Source: Okamejei kenojei
Taxonomy: Eukaryota
Direction: 5' to 3'
Assembly (NCBI GenBank): GCA_035221665.1
Contig: CM069141.1
Coordinates: 47,182,001-47,246,000, forward strand
Length of the DNA: 64,000 bases
Below the pieces are notes generated by a model. It did no database searches and was not told where the DNA came from. It saw only the letters and a program-made list of their open reading frames with translations. Each line of letters begins with the position of its first letter. The stretch's first letter is position 1. Below are positions 52,063-63,405 of this stretch, one piece after another. Made by a program: the position numbers and the translations under genes.

Positions 52063-52270
52063 TGATCTGAAAATCATTCTGGATAAAAAATGACAAACCA
52101 CCCGTAATGGGTTCGCCCTCAGTATGGAGAGGACAAGCGGCATTGAAGATCGTACCACAGCCAGCGAGTCAGGGTTACTTGGTCATGACGATTATAGCAA
52201 TTGAAGGAGATACAAGTCAGAACACATGGCTCATATCAGGTGGAGTGGTCTACCTGATCCTAGTTCGTTC
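52062..52270 (+). pseudogene. Fossil protocadherin EC5/EC6 fragment; paralog at 40585-40622 plus 43637-43810, split by the gypsy element
   Basis: IILD..ND..PVMGSPSVWRGQAALKIVPQPASQGYLVMTIIAIEGDTSQNTWL aligns to [48 protein letters not shown]. Confidence 0.8.
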
Positions 52271-52925
52271 AGCTGCTAGTTCGTTCTTTTTCATCCTGTG
52301 CAGCCTACTAGCTCCATTCTTGGTATCCACATATCCCTCGCTATCTCCTTTTCCACGGAAAACCAATGGCCAGCGCGGGCTCCACCTGTCCTTTGTCATT
52401 GGTGTCGGCTCTGATTTGTTCTGAACCTTTTCATACCTCTAGTTTCACTCGCTCTTAAATCTCAGTCTGAAGAAGTTTGCGACCCGAAACGTCACCTATT
52501 CTTTTTCTCCAGAGAAGCTGCCTGACCTGCTGAAATACTCCAGCATGTGTATCTATCTTCACGTGTGTACAATCTGCGGGAATTAAGCTGATATTTCTGT
52601 TTGCATAACATTTTCATTCACAATTTCAGTACGTTAACCTTTTTGTTTCTGGCTTCCAGCACTGTTGGAACAAGGACACAGCAAAGGCGCGCGATTGAAA
52701 AACGGAACTTCATCTTCCAAATGGACGTTGGAACCCTCTGGAACTCAGCAATGTTGTCCGGTTTTTCACTTTTGCATTGAGGTGTAGAAACATAGAAAAT
52801 AGTTGTAGGAGGAGTCCTTTGGCACCGCCACTCATTGTGATCATAGTTGATCATCCACAATCAGTAACCAGTGCCTGCCTTCTCCACATATCCCTTGATT
52901 CCGCTACCACTTAGAGCTCTATCTA

Positions 52926-53739
52926 CAGTGGCTTGCAAAAGTATTCATACCCTTGAACTTTTCCACATTTTGTCACGTTACAACCACAAACGTAAATGTA
53001 TTTTATTGGGATTTTATGCGATAGACCAACACAAAGTGGCGCATAATTGTGAAGTGAAAGGAAAATGACACATGGTTTTCGATATTTTTTTACAAATAAA
53101 AAACTGAAAAGTGTGGCGTGCAAAAGTATTCAGCCCCCTTTGCTCTGATATCCCTAAATAAAATCCAATGCAACCAATTTCCTTCAGAAGTCACCTAATT
53201 AGTAAATAGAGTCCACTTGTGTGTAATCTAATCTCAGTATAAATACAGCTGTTCAGTGAAGGCCTCAGGGGTTTGTTAGAGAACATTAGTGAACAAACAA
53301 TGTTCCTTGGACATCATGAAGCCCAAGGAACACACCAGACAGGTCAGGGATAAAGTTGTGGAGGTGTTTAAAGCAGGGTTAGGTTATAAAAAAGATCACA
53401 AGCTTTGAACATCTCACGGAGCACTGTTCAATCCATCATCCAAAAGTGGAAAGAGTATGACAGAACTGCAAACCTACCAATCCACCTAAACTGACAGGCT
53501 GGGCAAGGAGAGCATTGATCAGAGAAGCAGCCAAGTAACTCCGGAGGAGCTGCAAAGATCCACGGCTCAGGTGGGAGAATCTGTCCACAGGACAACTATT
53601 AGTCGTGCACTCCACAAATCCTCCACATGTTTGCTGTGTCCCCCACATGGCTTGTGGAAAACTGCAAACGGGACTTCTTATGGCTTTGTTTCAACAATGG
53701 CTTTCTTCTTGCCGCTCTTCAATAAAGGCCCAATTTGTG
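52926..53739 (+). mobile_element. Second copy of the same Tc1, left half only, with the last ~120 bp inverted
   Basis: TA-CAGTGGCTTGCAAAAG start, collinear with 3235-3938. Segment 53621-53739 is the reverse complement of ~3930-4048. Confidence 0.9.
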
Positions 53740-56424
53740 TTTTTTATATATGTGTTTAAAAGATTGCTAGTTTTGGATTTCGTATTACCACTCTGTTTTT
53801 GAATAGATTTATCTAAGTAAGGGTCTAAAACAAAATTAAAGTCTCCACCGATTATGACATTCTGGTAATTATATTCTGCGATTATATTCAAGAATTTATT
53901 GTCAAAGTTGGGCGCATATATATTTACCAAGGTAATTGGGGTAGCATGGATCTCCCCAATAACTATCAAATATCTCCCATCCTTATCCGTTAAGGTCGGT
54001 TTTGGTCTAAATGGTATGCCTTTGCGAATAATAATAGACGTGCCTCTAGATTTCGACGCATATGATGAGTGAAAAGTTTGCCCTATCCAGTTCGCCCTCA
54101 ATCTAGCTTGATCGTGAAATTTAAGATGCATTTCTTGTAAGAAAGCAATATCTGTGTTGTATGCTTTTAGCTGAGCTAGAATCTTACCCCTTTTAATGCA
54201 TTCGTTAATACCCCTAATGTTCCAGCTGCAGAATGAGATTCCTCCCAGTTTATTTTGGTTCTTGTCGTGCATTTTGAATAGATTTTACACCTGTGTATCT
54301 TGTGGTGCATCTGTACCTCAGGTATATAGATATTGGAGGATCATTTACCCTACAAAGTTCAATTAGTAGATTCCCTTTGCGATTGTCCTTAAATAGAAAA
54401 CACACACATGTGACTGATTACGGTAATTTTAAAAAACCTGATAAAAGTGAAAATACAGTGTCCAAACTTATTGGCACTGTAACCCAAGTGACCCACTTGT
54501 TGGTGGGAGAAAACATTTTGTCGACTTCTGTTGTCAATATTAAACAAACAAATAGCTCCGCTCCCTCAATTACTCATAACATACTGGAGTGGGACTGGTT
54601 TCAAAATCAAATGTATAGTACCCATTTACAGTATATGTATCCATTTCATAAATATTCCCAGATATAACTAACATTTTCATCTACTAAATGTTAAGCGTAT
54701 ACTTTTACCTCGGAAATAATCAACTGTTGGTTGAAGGGGTTAATGTCCTCCAGGCTCCTGCTACTGAGCCAGGAGCCCGCCTCTGCCCCCCACGCCCCAA
54801 TTATGAATCTACTTGAGATTTATTAAGTTGTTATAAATGTTAATTTGTAAATCACCCTTTCTACCTTTCTGATTAACATTCATTACTATTTCTATATTAA
54901 TATTCTATGTTAATATTGTTAAAATTGTAATTCTATACCATTTAGGTTATTCATTAAATCTCTTAAACAACAATAATTGCTCTGCCCACAGTCTGTTGTT
55001 GAGCTCTTCATTTCGGTGGTTATCTTTTTCTGATTCCCTTGGAACAGAGTATGTCCTTGAGTAAGCATTCCACCGATAAGACGTCTAGACAAAGTTCTCC
55101 TGGCAGCACACTAGCCTTCAGGGTGAAATAGTAAAAAGAAAGAGAGTCCATACCGTCCAACCCTTCCAGCTACTCCTTCTGTTCCACGATGGTTAGGGCA
55201 TATTTGTATGCCTCCTCCGATTTGTGAACGATTTTTGCTGTTCCTTGTTGGAAACCCGCATTTTAGCTGTGTAGTAGACACCATATCTGACCTCCTTATT
55301 TCCTTGGAGAGCCTGCTTTGCCTTAGAGAACTGATTTCGCTTTTGCACAATATCATAGGGATAGTCCCCGAATATTTTAAAAGTTGTTTCACCACACTTC
55401 AATGGCACTCCGTATTTGATATTACTACATCCACGTCAGAAATGTCCTGGAATTTCACAATAATCTGTCGTGTATATTCTGAACCTGTTTGAGATTTTTT
55501 TTTTAAATCTCGGACAGGGTGTGCTACTTCAATTTTCGGTAGATTAGGGAGCTTAAGAGCTTCATTAATTAAGCCCGCAGCGAACTCCAGAATGTTATCT
55601 CTCTCGGCTCACTCTGGTATTTCAACTAATCTTAGATTTTGGTGTCTCGAACGAGCTTCCAAGTCCTGGCATTTTTGTCTGAAACTTTAGCCAGCTGAGT
55701 AGCCATCTGTCTTGTGGCAAGGTCTTGTTCTGACCTCATATTCTTCAACTCCTCAACCATTCATGCCATCTCTTCCTCCATCTCTTGCATTGATGACATA
55801 TAAGTTGAGACAGTTCCCAGCACATCGCCAAACCTCTTTGTGGTGCTTTCTTCCCCCTTATCAATTTGCTCGGATAATTAATCTCTCAGATCGTCAATTC
55901 ATTTATTTATGGTGCCAATCGGATCCTGCACAAACTCAATAACTTTCTGATTACCAGCATTCATAGTCGCCGTCAGCTTCTCTATATTTTCCATCATCAC
56001 TCCCATCTTTTTTCCATCCACCTTTTCATCTTTCAGTTCTCTTACCGATAGCACTAATTCCTCAAATTCTTTGTCCTTAGCCAGCTCTGACTTTAATCTT
56101 GTAGCCATGTCAGAGAGCACCTTTTCTTCAAGAGCCGCTTCAAATACAAGTTCTTCAGGCTTCGTCTGGCTTCCCCAGGAGTGTTTTGTAACTATTCTCT
56201 GAGGGCTCTGACCAGGGGAAGAATTTTTATTTTAAAGTGCTTTAAACCTCCGTTAAATTCACAGCGCTTACTGATGACGTCAGCAGCGCGACGTCCAGAG
56301 GCTCCGGTAAGTTTTTTAAATCGGTCCCCACATGTAGACTCGATTTCAACGCGCAAAATCGCGAATTTTTGGGAGCGGAGCTGTGCAGCGTCTGTTACTG
56401 GAACACGGTGCCACCGGAAGTCCT
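53740..56424 (-). mobile_element. L1 LINE retaining its 5' UTR, a disrupted ORF1 and the ORF2 endonuclease start; 3' part lost
   Basis: 5' GGACTTCCGG; ORF1 motif DLEARSRHQNLRLVEIPE; ORF2 SWNIRGIN...AFLQE...LVNIYAPN...IIGGDFN. No RT is present. Confidence 0.9.
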
Positions 56425-57167
56425 GCCTTCAATTCTTGCTGCTAAGGGAGGCGACAATGCCATATGCCTTCACCACAACACTGTCTACACGTGTTCCCAT
56501 TTAAACAAAATTCACTTTTCTTTTACCACATATCCACATCACTTCGTTAACAAGAGCATGCCCCAACCCCTTGCTATTAGCCATTCATTAAATAAGCTAT
56601 TACAGAAACAATGAAGCATAGTTTGTCCTAACAGCTCCATCAACCACTGCGTATATTTGTGTACTTTATTCCCATCTTCACCTACTGAAAAATCATTTTC
56701 AGTCGTTCACAGTTCTTCTAAAGGATCTAAAACGTGAAGCGATAATTTGATTACCTTCCTCAGGTGATATTTGAGTCGGTGGGTGTCTTCCGCAATTGCT
56801 AAATCACGATGCAGCATGTTTCGTGTTTGGTGGAAGAATGATTCCCAATCTGATCTATAGTTTTTCGTGGAGATTTTGAATTTTTGCAGGTTTTATTAGA
56901 AATGTTGGATTGATATTTATTTTAGGATTTGATTTGTTGCTACATCCACGTGGTTCAGTTATTGTAATACCTCCCTGCTGTTATGGGATATTAAAATGTA
57001 AATCCCAGAACTAAATGGAGAATGTCGTCCAATAGGCATCCATTTGACCTATTGTGGCATCAGAAATCTTCGCAAATCTTGCAACCAATGGAGAACATGA
57101 CCAATGCAATATTTTTAAATTAACATTGTATTCTCTGCGATGTGCTTCATTTGTAAGTTGCCGGGAT

Positions 57168-57881
57168 TGATTTGATTTGATTTCATTTGATTCAACTTTA
57201 TTGTCATTGTCCATAGTACAAATACTGAGACATCGAAATGCTTTTTTCCCATACAGCCATACAAATAAAACAAAATAATAGCACAGAACACGGTAGACTA
57301 TAATATAAATATCTCCACAGCGGTATCAAAGTTTCCCACTGTGAGGGAAGGCACCAAAATTCAGTCAACCTCGTCGTTGGTGTTCTTTGATGTTCACCCG
57401 TGGTCGGGGCCTCCCAACCCCCTCGTAGTCACCGCTAGGGGCGGCCCGATGTTTAGCCCCCTTCGCCAGGATGATGGAACTCCGACGTCGGAATGGAAGA
57501 ACATCCTCAGCGGCTTGGACCTCCGAATTGGCCATGTCCTACTGGAGTCCACAGCTTTCGAAGTCCACGGGCCGAACTGGGTGGAGATTAAATGCTGCCG
57601 GTCCTTGGCAAAGGGTCCCTGGACACTGTGATGCTGGTCAGTCCAATCCAGTTGGTAGGCCGCGAGGAGGGCGGCGAGGGCGCGAGTCAGAGAATAGTCG
57701 CATCCTCACCAGATAGTGACTGAAAAATGGTTTCCTCCTTACCTTACCCCTCTCCCCCACATAAAATACTGAAAAAATCCCCAAAACATTCTTTAAACAA
57801 ACTAAAAATAAAAAAAGGTACAAAAACAAACAGACTGTAGGCAGAAGCAGCCATCATACAGCACCCTCCTGATCCCTCTAT
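57168..57881 (-). mobile_element. ~710-bp non-autonomous retroposon with an AATAAA-(ATCAA)n tail
   Basis: Flanked by GGAT/GGAT. The empty site CCGGGATCATGCC is at ~14108 and ~35696. Confidence 0.7.
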
Positions 57882-57940
57882 GGATCATGCCCGACTTTGA
57901 ACATCCACTGTAAACTCCAGTAGCATAAATGAAACTACAG

Positions 57941-58954
57941 TATCATTCCCTCAAAACTCGTCCCCAAGCTCCTTGATCATGGACTGGAGACGTCCATCTG
58001 CAGCTGGATATTGGACTTCCTGAGGAGCAGGCCCCAGCTGGTGAGAATTCGCAGCCACACGTCCTCCTCACTGATCCTCAACGCAGGCGCACCACAGGGC
58101 TGTATGCTCAGTCCTCTCCTCTACTCCCTTTTGATGCACGACTGTACTGTTAAGTACAGCTCCAACATCATCTCTAAGTTCGCTGACGACAGGACCATCC
58201 TGGGCCTCATCACAGACAATAATGAGACGTCCTATAGAGAGGAGGTAATGGCACTAAACAGCTGGTGTCGGGAAAATAAACTCTCTATCAATGTCGACAA
58301 ACACCACCCCATCCACATCGGTGATGCTGAGGTTCAAAGTCAGCAGCTTCAAGTTCCTCGGTGTGCACATTACTGAGGACCTCTCTTGGACACTGCACAT
58401 GGACAGAATATCTAAGAAAGCCCGCCAGCAGATCTTTTTCCTGAGAAGACTGAGGAAGTTTGGCATGAATGCCAGCATCCTCACAAAACTCTACAGTTGC
58501 ACAATCGAGAGTCTGTTGATGGGCTGCAACACAGTCTGGGAACTGTTCTGCCCACACCCGCAAATCACTACAGAGAGTGGTGAAGGCGGCACAGCACATC
58601 ACTGGCAACTGTCTCCCTGTCATTCAGGACATTTTCCACAGACAGTGTCTGCGGAAGGCACACAACATCATCAAGGACCATAGCCACCCAGCACGCAGAC
58701 TGTTCTCCTTGTTACCGTCAGGCAGACGATACAGGAGCATGGCTGCACGTACCAACAGACTTTAGAACAGTTTTTATCATCATGCCATCAGGCTTCAGAA
58801 CTAAACACATCATATATGTTGATTATTTTATCTATTATTGTCTTTTACCTACTAATGTCACTTTTATCTTATCTTTTCCGTTGTCTTATCAAACACATTT
58901 CATTGTATCGTTGACCCTGTGTTAACCTTATATGACAAATAAAACTGACCTGGA
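57941..58954 (+). mobile_element. Rex1/Babar-like LINE 3' fragment, duplicate of 46311-47311
   Basis: Same RT motifs, same 5' truncation point and same insertion site. Confidence 0.85.
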
Positions 58955-59871
58955 GTTTTCTGAACACATTGCAAATCAACGTTCACTGTAAAGGACATTT
59001 TAGACAGTAAATATAGTACCAAGAGATTAGTGTTAACTAGGGCGCATTTTAAACGAACAATCACCTGCAAATCCCGGTAATTGGGCGATTTATTTGCAAA
59101 ATTCAATAACGGAACCATTGGATGGAAAAAAGAGAAACATAGATTCACAAAGGAAATTAAATTCAAAAATTCACCAAATTTACCGCGCTCAACCGTATAC
59201 ACATCCATATGTTCCATGCTTCCCCTGATATACGTCCGGGTCTGCGGGTTATGTGCCTGTGATACTGCTGCATGCAAGACTTATTTTGCAGCAATCCCTC
59301 ACTTTACATTTGCATGTGTCAACAAACTCGTCTCGAGGTTGACGTGACGATGTCTTTATCCAATAATCACTTACTTCAAACAGGAATAGCTTCAACAATG
59401 ACCAATCGAAACCATTATGTTCACGAATACCTTCTCCAATATCTGAAAAGTGACAATGCAATTTTTCAGATTATATCCTCTGATTACGGTGGAGGTCAAC
59501 TTCGCATAAAGTACTTTTGTTAGAAAGGGTATGATAATAGACTTCACATGTCAAAGAAGGAAACATTACCTATGAATATATCTCCTTCCTACCCTGATGT
59601 GCGATTGTGAGAGTGCAAACAATTGCAGGTAAAGATATGTTTCCGATATGATAGGTTGCATCATAGAAATACCGATGCCATCCATTTATTCTCTTGCATT
59701 ATAACTGTCCCGACAGAACGTATTAACGTTCTGGGTCAAAAACCCTCGGAACATGTGAATTGCGAAGTTAAATGCTGCAAACAAAAAGGAACCGTTTTTG
59801 TTTAAAAAAAAACGTGTTATTGTTGCACGCCTTTAAATAACAGTTGAGCATGCAGCTTTAAGAATTGTTGC

Positions 59872-59913
59872 TGCAATGTCAAAAATGACTTGTTGTGTCG
59901 CTGTCCACCAATG
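59872..59913 (+). promoter_or_regulatory. CSE/CGCT box of B4 (core intact, upstream spacer 1 bp shorter)
   Basis: TGCAATGTCAAAAATGACTTGTTGTGTCGCTGTCCACCAATG. Confidence 0.75.
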
Positions 59914-60163
59914 AGAAGCTCAAGTCCGCAGATGGATCCATTGCCCCTCCCACATCCCAGAATAAAAGCGTCAGACGCGACCAGAGAGGCGAGCAGTGCC
60001 TGCGTTTGCATTGCGGAATTAATGTTAGGAGGAAAATATCCCGACTGTTTCGATTCTGTATTTAGATTGTATATATATATATATATATTAATCGTGTGCT
60101 TGGAACATGTTACGGATTACCCGAGGAGAGGCCTGGTTTTGGACATTGACTGAGCGCGGAATA

Positions 60164-62347
60164 ATGGCGTACCGACCGAGGTTTGCATTCACTGTGTTTG
60201 TCTGCATGTGTACGAAATGTGCACCGGGTCTAATTTCCGGGCAAATGCGTTATTCTATTCCCGAGGAAATGGAGCAGGGGTCATTTGTTAGGAATATCGC
60301 CGAGGATTTGGGGCTTAATGTATGGCAATTGTCTACTCGCAAATTACGACTGAAGTCTGATAATGGCGGACGGTACCTGAAGGTTAATTTGGAGAATGGA
60401 ATATTGTCTCTTCGTGAAATAATCGACAGGTTGCGTATTTGCGGACAGGACGATAAGTGTACTGGAACTGATTGTGGCCGCCAGCACAATCAGTTCCAGT
60501 GCGCACTTTAGTCTAAAAACACAGAAAACCGATGACGGGTTTATAATCATCATTTGCATCATCGTGCAATCATCATTTCAACTCTTGTTTACTGCGACTG
60601 ACGGTGGTACCCCTCAGAGATCAGGCACAACTCAGATTCTCATTTCTGTATTGGACGTCAATGATAATCAGCCTGTGTTCGATCGTGATATTCACAGGGG
60701 AAGCGTAAGCGAGAACTCCACCAAAGGTACCTCAGTGATAAAAGGCAAAGCAAATGATATGGACGAAGGACAGAATGCTAAGATAACTTATTTGTTTAGT
60801 GATGTTGCCATGCGAAAAGCTAGTAATTTGTTCCGTTTAGACCCAGATACCGGTGAGATTCGCATTGAAGGGCCCTTGGATTTTGAACAAGCAAACGGCT
60901 ATGCTCTACATGTTAAAGCTGTGGACCACGGCTCGCCTGCAATGACTGGACACTCCAAAGTGCTGATCAAAGTAATTGATGTGAACGATAATGCACCCGA
61001 GATAGAGGTGACATCAGCTTCCAACAAAATCCCGGAAAATGCTCCGCCAGGAACTTTCGTAACGTTGATCAGTGTTATGGATTGAGATTCTGGAGAGAAC
61101 GGCCAAGTTTGCTGCAAGATACCAAATAACATTCCATTTCAACTACAATCAGCGTCGGATCATTACAAATTAATTACCAGTGAAATGTTTGATCGTGAAG
61201 TGATATCTGTGTATAAAATACTTATTTCAGCTTGGGACAACGGGTCGCCATCACTATCTGCAAATATAACCATTCAGATTACAATTTCAGACGTTAATGA
61301 TAACAGTCCACGGTTTGCTGAATCTTCCTACAACATTTATGTCATGGAAAACAATGCTCCGGGTGCGTCCATTTTCACCGTAACTGCAAGGGATCCTGAT
61401 CTGGAGCAGAATTCTTATGTTTCCTACGCTTTTCTGGAGAATCAAGTCAAAAACTTGCCAGTGTCCACTTACCTGACCATTAACTCAATGAACGGTACAA
61501 TTTACGCGCTGCGCTCGTTTGACTTTGAGCATGTCAAAAACTTCCTGATCCACGTTCAAGCCCGTGACGCGGGGGGTGCCTCCGCTGAGTAGTAGCGCCA
61601 CGGTGAATGCGATAATCATGGATCAAAATGACAACGCTCCGGTAATTGTTTCACCTTCGGAACAAGGTGGATCAGCAACAGAGAAGATCGTGCCCCGGTC
61701 AGCCGGTCAAGGGTACCTGGTCACCAAGATAATGGCAACTGATGCAGACTCTGGGTCAGAATGCGCGGCTCTTTTATCAGATGGTGAAATCTACCGATCC
61801 CAGTTTGTTCAACGTTGGGCAAAATTCCGGTGAAATCAGAACTGCGCGCAATATTTTGCAGCTTGTTGCTGCTACACAAACTCTGGTTGTCTTGGTTAAG
61901 GACAATGGCCAGCCAAGCCTCTCCAGCGCGATCACAATGAACATTAGCGTATTGGAGAACAGCACTGAAGCAACGTCCGAAAGCAGTACCTGCGTTAAAA
62001 AACTGGGTTTTTTTTCTCATCCAAATGTTTATTTAATCGTCATTTTCAGTTGTACGTCCGCTGTCTTTCTACTGTTCATCGTTCTGTTGATTGGGATCAA
62101 GTGTAAACAGGACAGAAGTATTATCCAAGGGTATAACTCCCCCAGTTATTGCTGCAATCGTGGAGATTCTCAGGGCACGTTTAATGGAAGAGCCGGCATG
62201 GAGGAAACTTTACGCTATCCTGGGACAGGCCGTGTCGCCCGCGAGCCAGAATCGCATCAGTACTCTGTATGTCTGTCTCCAGAGTCAGCTAAAAGCGATT
62301 TTCTCTTCTTGGAACCACGCGAAGCTCCTGTCTCTCAGGCTCAATGA
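60164..62347 (+). pseudogene. Protocadherin B4 pseudogene
   Basis: Deletions at ~60465 and ~60550, TGA at 61083, and +1 frameshifts at ~61575 and ~61753; otherwise collinear with B3. Confidence 0.9.
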
Positions 62348-63060
62348 TGGGTATCTTTAATGCATGGCCACTTAATATGAATCCATTATTCTATACAAAT
62401 ATATGAATGGTTGTGTATGTAACATTTCAGTAAATAAGTACTTCTGACTGAAGGAGTGGTTCGATCCGAAATTTCCTCTATCCACCCCCTTCGGTTTTTC
62501 ATGTCTGCGCAGAAATGGGCCAGTTGGTGTCATTGTCGAAATTAACATTCTCATCAAATGCAATCCAGTCTTCTAATAGTGGCACCGATTTTCTCTGCAG
62601 GAACCTTACTATTTGAAATTGAATGGGCGTACACAAATGCAATCAAGCCTTCATGCAAGAGTGGTACAAATGTTATTTGTTCAATTACGCGAAAGATCGT
62701 TCTGTATGGATCTCATTGTTTGCTAATGTGTTAATATTGGAACACTGCCATCAGAGCATTCATCTATAAGATAATCCATAGCATAAAAAAAGTAAAAATT
62801 ATAATCCGGGACATTTCAAATGAAGACAACATTATTGTATACAATATGGTGATGCTGGAATCTTAGGGGGTGGGGGTTGCCTCAATCATCTCTAACTGCT
62901 CACCCTGGCCACAAACTCTTTGAAGCACTTCCATCTGGAAAGCGACTCCGGACTGTCAAAACCGCCACAGCCAAAAAAAAAAAAAAAACAGCCCCCCTCC
63001 CCCCCCCCCCCCACGAGCAGTAGCTCTACTCAATAACCAAAAGTTTGTAGCCTCCTTCGC

Positions 63061-63405
63061 TCTGGGTTTTTTTCTGATCCAAATGTTTATTTAATCGTCA
63101 TTTTCAGCTGACCTTCAGCTTTCTTTCTTCTCATCATCATTCTGTTGATTGGCATCAAGTGTAAACAGGACAGAAGTATTATTCAAGGGTATAACTCCCC
63201 CAGTTATTGTTACAATCGTGGATATGAGGAGGGCACGTTTAATGGAAATGCCGTAATGGAGGAAACTTTACGTTATCTTGCGACAGTGCGGGTATCCCGC
63301 GCGCCAGAATCGCATCCGTACTCCGTCTGTCTGTCTCCAGAGTCAGCTAAAAGCGATTTTCTCTTCTTGAAGCCATTCGGAGCTCCTGTCTCCCAGGCTC
63401 AATGA
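63061..63405 (+). pseudogene. Orphan protocadherin B5 3' fragment (TM plus tail) with its own 3' flank
   Basis: FFSDPNVYLIVIFS...IGIKCKQDRSIIQGY...PESAKSDFLFLKPFGAPVSQAQ*, with no promoter or ectodomain upstream. Confidence 0.9.
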
